Assembly: GCA_964016885.1 (NCBI GenBank) | Contig: OZ024747.1 | Coordinates: forward strand, 18,104,001-18,168,000 | DNA: 64,000 nt | Direction of reading: 5' to 3' | From: Eledone cirrhosa | Taxonomy: Eukaryota | Notes under the pieces: generated by a model | Told to the model about the DNA's origin: nothing | Database searches by the model: none | The model's input: only the letters and a program-made list of their open reading frames with translations | Position numbers and translations under genes: made by a program | Part shown: piece after piece, positions 27,201 to 43,400 of the stretch | How positions within the stretch are numbered: position 1 is the first letter of the stretch | How the letters are laid out: every line of letters starts with the position of its first letter

Positions 27201-30200
27201 TATTCAATTCTCAAAGATTTGTAATTAATTTCCAAAATACTTACCGTAGAGCATCTGTATAAGTGAGTGAAGGGGCTTGACTAAAGGTTGCCTTCCATAA
27301 CTGAACAGTTTGATTTTTTATGAATCTCCGTGGGTGAGTAAAATTTACAGCAAGCAGTGGGGACAAAATGTTCAGGAGGTCTGTATCATATATACCCTTA
27401 TAATTATTCTGTACACAGTTGGTGATGTCTTGCCATAATTTGTCATGCTAAAATAGTGGATTAAAAAAATATATTTTAATTTTTAAGAATGCTCTTTTTT
27501 AAAACTGTTTAATTAAGGAAGGAAGTGCAGTGAAATAACACATCCTACTGCTTAAATAAATAAAAAGCTCATAAGATAATGTAGTTGTAGTTATTTTATG
27601 TCTGAAAAAGACAGGATGGAACAAAATTATTTTACTGTTTAGTCAAGGCACTTTTCAAAACCTCTAAAAAACAGGAGAGGAAAGTTTCCTAAAACTGGAG
27701 ACCTGATCCAAATGCTTGCCACAAAGTAGAATCCAGGAAAAGTCCAAGTGGTGGTGTTTAAGTAGACAAATGAAATCTATCACCAGTATAGGCTGCAGCA
27801 ATGTTCAAACTCAGAACAAATACCATACTAACAATTCCAGTATTTAAATTCAAAAGGCAGAGAGCTGACACAAATACCACAAAATATTTTATTCTTCACC
27901 AGACATGGCCAATTTTTTTTCTAATAAAGCAGGCCACACTACCACAAAGTATTAACCCTTTAGCATTCAAACCAGCTGTATCCGACAAGAATTTTCTCAC
28001 GTCTTTCTGTTCAAACTGGGCATTCATACTAATGTTAAGGTATTGTTCTCAAAATAAATAATATCAAAATCTCATAGATTTGATATTATGTGAGGTAAAA
28101 CTTTTACCATGAAGATATAACAGTAAATATAGAGTAAGGTAAATGCTAAAGGGTTATGGTAATTTTTCATTAGGCATATCATTCAGAAAGCCAGGGCTGC
28201 ATATGTCCTGATGGCTGCAGTTTGCCCATGACTCTCCTACACTTTAACGACTGCCAATTCACCACCTGTAGAGATTATATATGGGAGCAAATGGCCTTGT
28301 GGTTAGGGTGTTACGTGCTGCGCTCGTTATGTCTTAGGAACAAATTCCCAGACTAGATAACATGTGTCCTTGAGTAACGCACTTCATTTCATGTTACCCC
28401 AGTTCACTCGGGTGCAAATGGATCTCAGGAGTTGCTGGGGTTACTCCTGCAATAGACTAGTGCTCCATCCTGTTTTGTACTGTCAATGTCGATGAAACCA
28501 GAATAAGCTCCAGGATTCATCCAACTCATGCAGACAAGGAAAAACAGACACAAAAAGATAACTCTGAAAAAGGGGATTATACAACTGGCTAAGGAAATTA
28601 GTTGACAGCATTCTAATAAAAACATTAGACAGATTGGCTATAAAGTTAACTGGCAAGGAAAAATTCAACTTCAATACAAGAGATAAAGCAAATAAGAAAA
28701 AAAAGTTTACCTTAGGTAGCGAACTGGAATGATATACCTTATAATGGGCTTTAGCAAGAATGAACAAGTTACTAACAGCAAGGGAAGATTTTTCCAAGAG
28801 TAATGGAACTGAATTTGGAGAAGTTATTTCTGTGAACAGTGTAGTCATAATAGCAAGAAGGTGTTTACCAGCTGACTGGAGCGAAGTAAAGTATGTATTC
28901 TGAAAATTAAAATAACAAATGATTATTTTTGCGAAACAAAAACGCCAGGAGGACTCTTCAGCTAACAGTGATTTACAAGCTAAACGCACCAGACTGTAAA
29001 GTGGTTGGTGATAGGAAGGGCATCCAGCCATATAGAACCGGCCAAACAAAGGATCTGGATGACTCTTCAGCTATGTAAAAGACATGACTGCCTTGGTGCA
29101 GGTGTCATTATAAAATATACTGTGTGTGAGTTGTGGGCCACTGACTTGTCTGAGTATTCAGTAGGGTAGTGAAATGTGAGATGTAGGCTCCTGGCCCACC
29201 ATGAGTTTAGTACCTCTGCTTTGAATACCAACCCGGTCTGCTGACAACCCATCCAACCCTTGCTAGAAATTAAGTGATGATGATGATAATTATAATCAAC
29301 ACACAAAAAATATGTAATTATTATAAGCACCAATTTAAGACATTACAAACAAACAGGCTTACTGGTAGTGACTCAAATTACATATCAATCACTTGTTAAA
29401 TCATCACTTTATTTATCACTATCAGTTTTATATCCATTACTTCATGCTAGGATGGGTTGGACAAGACATTTTTTGTTATTCTAGTGCTTGATGATTAGAA
29501 TTCTCTATTTTATGGAGAATGTAAACATGTCACCATGCAATGTCGAAGATAAGAGATAAACAGATACACACAATGAGCTTCTTTTCAGCATTTTGTCTAT
29601 CAAATTCACTCAAAAGGTATTGGTTATGATGCTTTCTGATTTAGGCAAAAGGCCGGAAAGTCAATTAAATCGACCTCAGTGTGTAACTGGTACTTAATTT
29701 ATCAACCCCGTAAGGATGAAAGACAAAGCTAACCTCAGTGGAATTTGAACTCAGAATGTAAAGGGTCGTAACTATGCCACAGAAGACACTTGCAAAGGTA
29801 ACACAGTGGGATGTAACTAAAAACCATGTGTTTACGAAGTGAACTTTTTCAATCATACAGCTCTAATGTCATCAATAATGTGGTCACTCAGCAAGCTATA
29901 GATATATGGGTTGTGGAACAATATCTGGTGGAGAGTGGGGAAAGTGTATACCTGTTTGTCAGCATTGGTTTCACTATCTAGATTGTTAACCTGCTCATAA
30001 AGACCGTGGATGACAACAACAACCAAATCAATAAAAGTGTTCAGATTTTTCAAAGGATTCTGCTTCCGTTTGCCACTCCATTTTCCAGGACTGCCAAGAA
30101 CTGCAAAATAAATTTTAAATTTCAACATTTTTTAATAGCTTAATCAAGTAGATTTTAACTTAGAATGTAAACCCAAAACAGAATATTTTGTGCCAACCCT

Positions 30201-33200
30201 TAACTATGGTCATGAAACTTGGGTAATGACCAAAAGAATATGATCGTGAATACTATCGGCTGAAATGGGGTTCCTTCAAAGGGTCTTTGGAGTAACATTA
30301 CTTGATAGAATGTGTATCTCAGAGATCAGAGAGCTATTGCCAGTAGAGCTGCTACTTCTCTGAATTGCGAGATCACAGCTCCAATACTACAGGCAGGTGG
30401 TTAGAATGTCTCAGGAAAGTATCGCTGGACAGATTTGATGGGTAAAACCAACTAGCAGGAGAAACAAAGGTAGAACCCGAGTAAGATAGTTGGATAACAG
30501 CTTGGCTGGTCTCACTTGGGGATCCAGTCAGATTAGTTGGATACAGTTGCTTCTGACAGGACCTGCTGGAAGGAGTGTTTGAGGACTGCCACCACGACCC
30601 TCTCAGGAATAAGTGGGAATAAGTGGGTGAAGAAGAAAAGACCAAATTAAAAACAAAAATCAAAATTAACCTACCAAAAGAAGTATTGTTACCGTGAGAG
30701 GAGAAGTCCACAACACCCACCAAGGTTTCACAAACCAAAGACAAATGTTCAATAAAGACAGGATCAGTCTTTAATTTCTAAACAAAACAAAAACAGTAGA
30801 GATTAGAATGGAATATTACCCAATTACAGAAATATTATATAACTTACAATAGAACATTGTAAAACCTAATCTTACTCTGAAATAATTTTCTAAGTTATTA
30901 TTTAGCCTCCGGAGAGTACCACACGAATAAAGGCATTCCAGTGATGACTGTCCAGTACTTTTGTATATTAGAAAATACACTGTACAATGCATCTTGCCTT
31001 ATATATAGATAGTAGCGTGTGATTTGAAGGAGTTAATCTGGCTGCTATGCCAGAGACATTAATGAGACTGATGGAGATGGCTTGTTAACAGTAGTTATTT
31101 TAGTGACACTGAAGGTAGATGATGCAACATATAAGGTTAAAAAATAAAAATAAATAATCATTCCATTTCATAACTAATTAGCCTAAACATTAGCAAGAAC
31201 ATGAATTACCTGAATGCCTGTAGTTGTGACATAAGTAAAGATAAGGTGACTCAAATGTTCACAGGTAACATTAGGAGCAGCATTGACAACCAGAGCAGCA
31301 AGGTTGGCAAATGTACGATAGATGTTTGACCAAGTCTTCATCAGTGTCTTATTGATAGTCTGTGAAAAGAAAGGAAGAGAAAGTCAATGAAAAGTTAAAA
31401 TATAAATCAAGAAAAGAAAATGGATTAATTGTCCTACCCTCTAATAAAGGGTACATGGGAGCTGGTATTATCTAGTTTCATCTTAGTGCAGAGAGAAGCA
31501 TGCACTGGTTTGGACAGGTGATACATATGGATGATGATCATTAGAAAAAGAAGTGCTAAGAAATCACAGTGCAGTAAACGAAGACTTGAGCAGAGGTGAT
31601 AGCTGATCTCAAATCACTGAAGCTCACAGAAATGAACACAATGACTGGCGGAATTCTGTGCTTTAAAAGACCCGTCCAACCCATGCAAGCATGGAAAAAG
31701 GAGCATATGATAATGATAATGAAGTAAATTACTAACTGTTCTTCCTAAATATTTTAGCAGGTAACATTACCACATTATTCGGAGTGAAATCTCAACAGGT
31801 AGATTGAAAACAAGCTATCTAAATTAGAATTCTGCACATAAACATAACTGCTTCTACTTTTGGCATAAGACCAGCAATTTGAAGAGAAGGGGAAAGTTAA
31901 TTAAATCAATCTCAATGCATTACTGATACTTAATCTTAACCCCGTAAGGACAAAAGGCAAAGCTAATCTTGGTGGGATTTAAAATCAGAACACAGAAGAT
32001 TTAACTATATGCCGCAAAGCATGCTGTATCAATACCACCAATCCACTGCCCATAAACAATGAAATGCCAACAATGTGTTAGAACGTAAGCAGATGATTGT
32101 ACCATTCAGTGTGGAAAAATAAAACAGGATACACTGTATGAGCATTTCGTAAGAGGTGACTAAAGAAAACATCTAGTAAAACACAACCTCAAAGTTTTGT
32201 CCAGGTAGTATTCTGATTTTACATATGTACGATGGCTACCTTACAGTTTCTGTCAACCAACTTTACTCACAAACATTGGTCAGCCTGAGGTTATAGCAGA
32301 AGATATTTGCCAGGGGTACAAAACCCAAAACTACATGGTTGCAAAGAAAGCTTAACTACACCCAATTATCCTCATTTACAAAATGCTTAATGGTGGTTGG
32401 AGGTGGGGATAAAACAAAAAGAACTTACAAGAAATAACTGGGTTCCAAACAACCATTTGACGGGGAAAAATAAAGCATGGTAAAGACAGGTGAAGTTGTG
32501 TTCTAAAGCATCTCCTTGGTTGATTTCATTGTGCTATGGAATAAAATTTTTAAATTAAAAAATAATTTTATATTTGCATGCATCATTTGCTGATAAATAC
32601 CAGGTGAAATGGTAGGAATCAACACAAAAATTAGACTAGCAACTTGGGGAATTATTCATTCAAATCTATTGCAGGGATTTTTAACAGAAATGGATACAAC
32701 ATATTGAAATTTATAGTACCATCTTTAAATATAAAGAAAAATTGAAACACTACACATAGTAGACGGTATAGATAAAGAACAGAATGACACTAGCTTAAAC
32801 ACATTTGATCTTAAGTCTAGATGATTAGGAATGACCCGGAAGTAAACGAAATATACAATATTTTTGTGCTGGATAAAACAATTAACTGAAACTGCAACGA
32901 AATAGTGTTGAGCTCATAATTTTAAGGCTGTGGGTTTGATCCCTGGACCAGGCAATGTGTGTCCTTGAGCAAGGCACTTCATTTCACTCAACTAAAAAAA
33001 TATAATATCCACATGAAACCAGAATAAGCTCCAACCTGGATCATCTTTGAGACTTAAAAAACAAATGACTAAAAAATTAAAACAAAATAACTTACTTTTG
33101 AAATATAATCCAAGAGAGGATTTACTAAACAAGACCACAGACGCCACAGCTGATACTTCTGTTCAACATAGGTTGCATGGCGATCAAGAATTTGAACCAC

Positions 33201-33355
33201 AGCCTGACAGTATTCAAGCACTCCCGATGGATTGGTCAGACCAAGCTCAATCATATTAATAAACAATGTCAGGTAACTGAAAAGATAGAGATTAGGAGAA
33301 AAAAAATTAATTTTTAAGGACACTTTCTATGTCCATAATACAATACAAACACACA

Positions 33356-33393
<38 letters not shown>

Positions 33394-33498
33394 GTGGTTA
33401 CACAACAGTTAGTTCACCATACCGAGAACAATTTCCTAACTCGTCCCATGGACTAAGTGCTCTACCACTACGGATATTACCTTCCAGTGTTCTACCAC

Positions 33499-33557
<59 letters not shown>

Positions 33558-36500
33558 AACTCATTAAAATTTACACAAACATACACGCTTCCTATCTCAG
33601 TCTTGTTGCTACAATGAGACGTTAGCTTCCCAATCAACAAATCCTGGGTTCTAGCCCTACAAATATCCCCCAAAGTTACTCATACGTTTAATCCTGTGCC
33701 ATTTGAGCACAATCATTTGATCAACATAACTTCCTGACTTACTAAATGCTTCAGGTTCACACATGGCCAGTGAGCGAATTATGTAAGCCCATCTGATAAA
33801 TTGTATCTCTGATTCAAAGGAAAGGGAGAAACAAAAGTATAGAACAACTGTCAATAGGGAATTCACAGTAATCCTATAAACTCTAATCTGAAGTTAAGAA
33901 AAAGTGTACAAATTTGTGATGATCAAAATAATTGCTATACATGGAGGCACATGGCTTAGTGGTTAGAGCATTGGCCTTGCAATCGAAAGGTTGTGAGTTC
34001 AATTCTCAGACCGGGTGATGTGTTGTTTCCTTGAGCAAGACACTTTATTTCACATTGCTCCAGTTTACTCAGCTGTAGAAATGAGATGATAGGGACTGGG
34101 GTCCATATCATTCCACTGCAAAGTGGTCGTGGAGGTGCCACAGCAAAAAAGCACCCAGCACTCATTGTAAATGAGGTTGGTGTTAGGAAGGGCATCCAGC
34201 TATAGAAATCAAGCCAGAATCAGTTCCTGTCCCACCCTTGCAAACAGGGAAACGTGGATGTAAAATGATGATGATGATGATAAACATACAAATAATGCCA
34301 GTACAGAAAGTTAAATTTTAAAACTGATAGACACACCACATTGTAATATGGTGGGATATATGCACCACATTTTAATACCATCACCTAACCCTTGGGTTCC
34401 TTTAGCAGAGTGCTCTCTGTTGCAAGCATTTGGACCAGACAGTCTAGTTTGAAAATACCATTCACTCTCCCACCATTAGTAAAGGGTTCATGAATACTGG
34501 CCTTCTCTTTTTGACTAAACAGAAAAAACAAAATAAGCTCCAAAAATGTACACATACTTATCTTCAAAAATGCCTTCCTCTAACAATGATGGTGTCAGTA
34601 AGAGTTCAGTTAGAAAGAGAGCAGGAGTACCCTGGGGACAACAAAAGGTGAGAAAAGGTTAAATCAGAAATCATGTAAAATAATTCAAATATATAAAAAA
34701 TATTACTGGTTAACTACTATTTCTTTAGCTTCTTTTGCAACCCATGGAACATTGGGTAATGAGAGATCTCCATTCTACAGTTGTAAGCATTGTCAGAGGC
34801 CAAGTATCTGCTCTTCAATTCTGATTAGCAGAGGTAAAGTTGCTAGCATCATGTTCCATTTCCTCCTCTCTTCTCTCAACACAAACTAAAAACTAAATAA
34901 CCTTTTGTTTTGAAGTTGGGAAGGGGGTATCTGTAACCCTGAACAAGCCCATTTCAGCCAATCCAGCTGAGAACTCAAAACCACTTTACTATTTTCAACA
35001 GAACTTTAAGACAACGTTATGTCCAGTATTGAAATAATGTTTTTTTAAAACCTGGATAACAGCACTGGTTAAATAATTTGATGAATATATATTTTCTTCA
35101 GAATTTCTGTCTGCATAAAAGACTATCCATCACACACATATCACTTAATGGTATGTGTGTATGTATGTCTATACATGTTCAAAACTAACCAGTCAGCATT
35201 GTGGGAAGCATGTTTGCTCTCAACACATCAATAACACTAAAAAAGTAAAGTGGAACAGGACAATCTTCAACAACATATGGCTAGAACCAATAATTAATCC
35301 TCATTTTATGTCCACTCTCCATGATGCCATGGGTTGGACAGGTTGTTACTGTCTACATCAGTTCTTATTCAGATACCACCCTCCTAGATGGGCCAGAAGG
35401 CATCTCCCTGGTACATTACAATTTTTTTGGCATAGTTTCTATAGCCGAATGCCCTCCTAACATCTACCACTAGAGAGGTTATATCCTAAACAAAACTAAA
35501 GAGCCCTCTCTACCTTAAATTGCCTCTGTTCAATTGACAACCACTTTACAGAGCATTCTAGACACATTTTAGCTTGGGCCAATTCTATATAACAGTCCTC
35601 TCCACTCTACATTATATTGGCTCTTTCAAAACACAGAATAATATATAAGCCAACCTTTTATATATTCTACCAAGTCAATGACTAGAAACATTTTAACTGT
35701 ACAATAACAGTCACCAGAAACTGAAAAGCATTAATAACTAATGAGGACAGATTTAAGAAATGATCGAACAAAATTATTAATTATGACAGAAAGTCAGTAT
35801 TCTACTGAGTAACCACTGAATTTTTTTTTTCTTGACAATATGTAAATATTTACCAGTGAGAGGTGAAAAATGTTTTCACCCCAAGAAACCTAAATGGAAT
35901 ATTGAGACATGCTAACCAAATGACACTTCAAACAATGGTTTCTAATCTAGGCACAAGGTTAGCAATATGAGAGATGAACAGTCACCTGCCTTAACACCAG
36001 TACAAATAATGGATGTGAAGAGTAACATGACAAAAAAAAACATTTTAGGAATTAAATATATTTCAAAGAATTAAAATAGCAGTGAAAAGAAAGCATGAAT
36101 TATGAAAAAGCAACCCACATGGATTTTCTCTCCACTACTAATGTTATAAGCTGTTGAAGAAAGTATCTTCTTTGGGAGTTTGGAAACAGCAAGGAATAAT
36201 TTCTGTAATGCAAAACAACACAACATTAAATCTACTAAACATGAAAAATGAAAAAAAAATGAAAGAAAAACACACCTTAAAATGCAAAAGAAGCACAATG
36301 TATAGTTAAAGAAACCTAGACTACTGACCACATGGAGAGTTTGCAACCCAAATGAATTAATGTAATAGATAAATATTTTAGATTATTTTTAACACTGAAT
36401 CCCTGGCCTTTGTCACAAATGGGGTTCCCAACCCTGAATGTCTGTACAATATCACTAAAACCTGAAGAAAAGATAAATGTCTTATTAGAGAACCCAAACT

Positions 36501-37387
36501 AATGCAAGTTGTTTTGTTCTTTTTCTATTGCAATAATCTCAGAGGCAGTGAAAAGAGCATGACTACTGTTGCTCCTCTTCTAACTAAATCATAACACTCA
36601 TACAAAAAAAAAGAAGATTGACTTACATGTTTTACTGAATAAGGTGCTGGTCGACTGAGAATTAAAGTAGAGAAGTCACAGAGAAAAGAAGATAAAGCAT
36701 CCCTGCAGTCAATTTTGAGGCCAGCTTCCAGTGCAAGCTTTAGGTGTTCCGCAAACAGTGACCAAATATACACAAGGAGATCATCTGTTCAAAGAATATC
36801 AAGGGGATTATCAATATTTTAGCTGTAATCAGAATTGCTATTGAATTCATATTATATGTTTTGAACTTATGCCAAATTACAAAGAATAGAATTATACACA
36901 TACATTGTGTAAACAAGCAGTTAAAGACAGCCTGCATCTAATAAGATACAGATTTATGTGTAGTTACACAGAAAAAGTGATAAGGACATGTGGAAAGGTG
37001 GTACATTAAATAGATGGGGATTTGTCCAAGTGATAGATACCAAATCGAAATAAGAATATGCTGTCAAGATCACCATTTAACATCTATTTTCCATGTTCGC
37101 ACGAGTTGTAACGAAAGACTAGTCAGGTAATCATCATGTCTTGCTTGTACACTCCGTTTTTGACTTGGTATACTGCCAGATGTCCTTCCTAACACCAACC
37201 CCTTTACCGCATCATGACCGGCACTACCATCTTACAGGGTAGATTGGATGCAATTTGCAATCGCACCAGCACTACTGTCTTATAATGCAATCTGGGGGCT
37301 TTTCATTAAGACACCAACACTTGAGAGGTATTGATGATGGAAGGGGGTTGAAGAGTGAGTTGCATTTAGTGGTACATTGTGAAAGTT

Positions 37388-37422
<35 letters not shown>

Positions 37423-40400
37423 GAGAGATAGATACATACCTGATGCTTTTACTGAACATACCAATTCCACAATACTATAAGCAATAACATTGCATTGTTT
37501 CAGAAAGAGTGCTGGTGTCATTACAATATCCGAATTTAAAGGTTCTGAAGGAAAGGAATAATATATATAAATTAACACAAATTCAAAAATAAAATGAAGC
37601 ATAAATTAACTGCTTTTAGACATTATAAGCAACCATTTGGGGCAGCTAGAACACCAGATTACAAAGAAATGACAATGTGCTGTATTGCAGCTCAAACCAG
37701 ACCATATTAGCATGGAAAAATAAAGGTAATGATAATGACTTCCATATTAAAAGAAGCTGAATGAGTTGGGAATACTGTGATTATTTAACTATTTACATAT
37801 GTTAATGCCTGCAATTGACAAAGCCCAGCACACCCATTAGTGTATATGTAACTGTGTATTGAGTAGATAGCATCTGATTTTTTGGGGATAACATCTGATT
37901 TTTTTGTATTACTTTTTTTTTTTACTGTTTAATCAGAACTTCCAAGATAGATGACTGGGACGTACCATTAAAGCAAGTACATGGCTTGAATGTTTGCAAC
38001 CCAATGGACTCTGCTAAAAGCACACAAGGGCCAAGTGGTAATGTTAAACTGGGCAATAGATTAAGTCTATAACCCAAGTAGGCCAAAACAGAATTTGAAA
38101 ATAAAATGCAAAGAGCCAAATCAAATACTGCAAAGCATCTCAACTGATGCCCTAAAGCAGGGATCTCCAAAATGGTCGATATCAAACTATGGGGGGAAAT
38201 AAAAATACAACTTGCTGATACACATCATCGTCTGTCTGTCATGAGACTCCTCCAACACTATGACAGTAAACAGTTTTTCCTTTTTGTTACCCTATATTTC
38301 ATGAAACATTCTCGGGGGAGGGGATACAGAACAACAGTTTTGCAGGGCACCGTATGCAGTTTCTCATACTGATATATATTGAAATCAGGGTTTGGTATGC
38401 AGTTTCCCTACATTAATGTACATGGAAACTGCATATCTACTTAATTATTATTAATTAACTTTCTTTGTACATGTCTGAGGTTGATGAGGGATCAAGGATT
38501 CCATGAAGGGACCCCTGCTCTAAAGGTTTCACCATCCACCTCTATGGAGTGGTGTTTTATTTTATTGACCCTAATTCAGTACAGAGAGCTGGAACAAATA
38601 CAGGGTATTTTGTCCTACACCCTAATGACACTGTCAATTTACCAAATAGCATTTAAACCGGCCATATCCGGCCAGAATTCTCTCACCACTTTCTGTTCGA
38701 ATCGGCTGTAACCAGCTGCTCATACTTATGTTAAGGTACTGTTCTCAAAATAAAGTCTCGTAGAGTTGATATTATGTAGGAAAATTATGTGAAATAAAGT
38801 GTTTACCCATGAAAATACAATAGTAAATATAGAGTAATATAAATGCTAAAGGGTTAAACAATTCATAAACTGATTTAAATAAAGATTTTAACTGGACATT
38901 TTTCAAAACATACCGAGATCAAATTTCAATGTATTGTAATCTGCATGTGCAGGAGGAAGCCGCAGAAAATGTGCTATAACCCATAGCCCTTTCAGCTGAA
39001 GAGAAGGGAAAGACGGCCACATAGCTCCCTGACTGGGAATGGAGATACTGCTACCAACTGAACCTTCAAAAAATAACAAAGACAAAGATTTAATATTATA
39101 GTTACATTATTAACTAACAATCATTGTTCACATGTTTGCTTTTCCTTGTGGGAATGGATTGGGCGAGACATTTAGAGGGGGTTTTCAATGGTTAGATGCC
39201 CTTCTTGATGCCAACCCATATTTTATATTTAAGTTTGGTATATATCATTTTGTTGAACCATCACCATTATCTAATGTCATATCTTTATATATAAATATTT
39301 TAGTTTTTATCTAATTTTCACTCCAGACATTAGCCAGCCCAAGGTGCCACAAAATGGGATAGAACCAAAAGAGCTGGAACAAATATTACAAGGCATCTCA
39401 TCCAATGCTCTAAGAATATCCTCAATCCACTGTTCTGGATGAGCCCCAACAAATACCACAGGACATTTTGTCTTAAACTCTAATCCCTTAAGCAAAAATA
39501 TATTTTAACGAATATAGGATACTTACTCAGTGTAGGCATGTTACGTGCTCCTTCAGTCCATTTACCACCAACACAAAACCGCAATAAAGGAGTGCAAACC
39601 TTTTTTAATTAATATATGAAAAGGAAATGCTTTCAGACATTTTCAAAACAAAATAACTATTTCAAAAATATTTACAAGGTAAATACAATACTGTAGACAT
39701 ATAGATACAAAGACAGCATTATGAGATCTGTCATATCTTCCAATCAATAAATGGAGAAAAAAAAGTTAAAAACTTGCTACTTCACTTACCATATCAAAAT
39801 TACCCAACAGCTTTGTGCCTAACATTCTAACAAAATACCACCAGACTTCCAGTTTTTTCAAAGCTACATTTTCAGTTTTGGCATTGTTAATTTTAAAGAC
39901 TTGCATCAACAGTTTTATGCGCTTCTGATCTCCAATAATTGCTGTAAAATGTTTTAACAGGGAACAAAAAAAAATTACTTTCAATAATGAAGAAATTTAA
40001 AAGCATACAGGATTACTAGAACAACTCGCAATTTAAAAACAAATTTAGAGGTGTATAATATATTAAATCATTTTAAGCATTTAAAAAAAATATATATAAA
40101 TAAATAATTAAAAAAACAGAAACAAACAAAATTTTTTACCAGGGTTTGAAGCAAAGTTTTCAATCAGATATTTCCATGCACTGAAAGCTTCATATTTGAT
40201 ATTTGGGTTAGGGCTCTTAAAGCCAAGTTCTACAATTGGGAGAAGTTGATTGATGAAGACACAATGTAATTCCTGGAAGCAAAAAAAAAAAAAAAAGGTT
40301 ATATTACCACTTGGAAAACAAATGGTAGAATGTACACCTGAGCATGTGTTTTTCTTTTTTTTTTTATCCACGATATTACAAAAGCAGATACAGCATGGTC

Positions 40401-43400
40401 AAATAATTAAGTTCATCTCAAAATTATTAAGTTCTAGGTTTGGTTCAATTGTGTGACAACCTGGGCAAGTATCTTTTATCATAACCTCAGGTTAACTGAA
40501 GGTCTCTATGACTATGTGTCTACCCAAACTGAAAGCCTGTCAGAGGCCAGCCTTGTCATATTGTGTAACCTCTCTGTGAATTATGTTAAAAATACATGTC
40601 AGGAATACACAACCAATTGCAAGCTAATTTAATAAATAAGCTGTTCTATTGATTGAACAACTAGAGCATTCATTAACTTTTAGAGAAAGAAGAAGACAAA
40701 GAGGAGATGGATATAATAAATGCTGAAAAGAAAAAAATATTTTACCTTTCCTAATAACTGAACCAGCAGGCTCCATACTCTCAAAACATATACTTCATTT
40801 CTGCTCTGGAATAACTTTTTTAATTCAGAAGCCATTTTCTAAGAAGAAATTTAAAATAGATAATAGGCATGGAATGAGATCATTTATATCTACAGATAAT
40901 AGCTATGAAGAACTGATAGCAAGAAACAAAGTTATCCCCATTCTTATAGGAATTGTAGGAACACTAAAAACTGTTGTTCCCATGCAATGAAGAGGGGAAA
41001 AATAAAATATGTAACGTAACTAGCAAAGTAACCCTTACAGTTTTAACATCAGCAACCATTGAAGCAACTAGGCCATTTGGATTGACAAGAAGCGCTGGCA
41101 GTGCTATACTAAGGGCTTGTAAAGCTTTCTCACGAATTCTAATGGCTCCATGTCCTAATAAGGAATACACATGGTGACTCCATAAAATAGCTTTCTCATT
41201 CATCTTTTTTGGAACTTGCTGTAGTAACCTGAAAGGAAAAAAAAAAAAAAAATATGTCAATAGAAAAATATGGAGGAAATGCTTCATTTTAAAATTAAAA
41301 CCTTTTATAATTTTATGATGAAATTTTCCTAGAAAATGCCATCACTTTTATATTGAAGAAATTCATCTAGCTTCTGTGAAGAAAGTAAAGTATCTAGCAG
41401 TAGATATGAACTCAACCCATGTGTAATATGCCACCACCCACTTCACATCTCACATGCCTACATGATACCATTCTGATACTACATATGATGATGTGGTGTA
41501 AAACAGTCATTTTTACATGCTTACATGGATTTGACAAATCTTTTTAAAGGCAGTATTCAACATCTGGATGCATTTCCTGATGATGACACTTTATTTCAGA
41601 AAGATACTAATTTTCCAGTTTATGTTGAACTACAGATAAACTAATGTCATTGCCTGTGCTAGAGGTGACCAAAGTAAAATAAAGGGTTGGAGAGACACAT
41701 ATATAATATGTTCAATCCTTGATACTTGCTAGCAGGGAAAGTTGATGTTTAGCAACGATATGTACATTAGGTTTCCATACAGCTACTGTCTACCAAATTT
41801 ATAAGGCATTGTTCAGCTTGAGGCTATAGGAAAAGACAAGCCATGCCTGTATTTTATCATAAAACTAGTATCTATCTCACAACAATCTCATCAGTATTGT
41901 ATGTCTAAACATGCATATACATGTATCTGACAAAATCTAGCTGGCAGCTGATACCTTTTATTAGGGAAAAATTGTTATGGACATATTTTATTGACTTGGT
42001 TGATCATGGTAGCTTTCAAATGCAGAACTGATGACATACCACTTCTACTTCACCGTTGAAGATTTAACAATAAGGTTTTTTACTATTGCCAAATGATCCA
42101 GTTGGACCCCCATGCAAGACCAATTGAGGTTATGGATGTTTATCGACCTCACTTGTGATCTAAATCTGGATCTCCTGTTGGCTGGCTTTGCTCGTAAAAT
42201 CTGTCATGTGAGTCTTTCTATAGACATTCTAACCATATTTCATGAAAGAAATATAATAAACCTATAAACTAAAAGTGACATCGATATGGATTGCAGTTAG
42301 AAAATAAATTTTTTTTAAAATGTAACATACATACCTTACAACCAAATTGACAGCTTCATGTTCCACCAATACAGAATGGGAAAGTGGCTTTGAGAATGAA
42401 TGTTCTAAAGCATCCAAAATAGGATTTATCTGGAGGTATAAACAGAGAAAAAAATAATGAACAGAAAAAATACTACATAGTATCAGAAGCAATGTTATAT
42501 GCAGAATTAAATTGAGAAGTTAGGCTTAACAACTACAGGTACATCTTGCTGTACATTGTAATTGGTTCCAGAAGTCAAGACTTAAGTTGAAAAACAATGA
42601 CTGACGAATTACCTCCACCCCCATTTTGTTTTTAAATTATTTTATACATTATAACACACTACATCACTTAGTGCTGTATACTTTAGCATTTATTTAAATG
42701 TGATTTTATGTTTTTATTGTTTTGGCAGGTATTTTTTATGGTTTAATATATTTGGCAGACCAACAATGTTGAGTCAATCAACATAACACGAAGTTTATTT
42801 TTGCCATATAATATTAAGAAAAACTGCCATAATTTTGAAAATGATGAAACTCAAAACGCGAGGTATACCTGTTAATACAACTGAAGTTATTAAGGGCAGA
42901 AAATTGAGTTTCAGTAGAGCGCCATACAAAATGCTTAGCGGTATTTATTTGCAAATTTGCATTTCATCCTTCCGGGATTGATACAACTGACTTCCTATTT
43001 GCCAATATTAGAAAGAATTATAACTACATACAACTAAAGGGTGAAAGGAAAAGCTAACCGTAACAAGATTTGAAGTTAAGGCACACAGCTGAAACAAGTA
43101 ACAATGTACTTTGTCATCACCCTAATGACTACTATCCAGATTATGTTATGGCACATGTTCATAATTTTTACTAAATCAGCTATTCGTTTGCTGGGGATCA
43201 GTTGCTATCTTAATTTCAACATCCTCCTGAAACACTGGTTCTAAGAGGAACTGAGCCTTGTTTTAGTGGAACCCCATCCCCCAGAGTGCCACTGCTATCA
43301 CAACCTTTCACTGCCCAGCTGAGGACACGATGATTCATCTAGTGCTGATGCCACAATAAAATGTACCCAGTACACAATATGAAGTGGTAGTGATGATGCC

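Noticed and set aside
34385-34387. A-to-I recoding of the candidate poison exon's UAG to Trp
   Set aside because: Read-through would exit in phase 0 while exon 15 needs phase 2, so it would still frameshift
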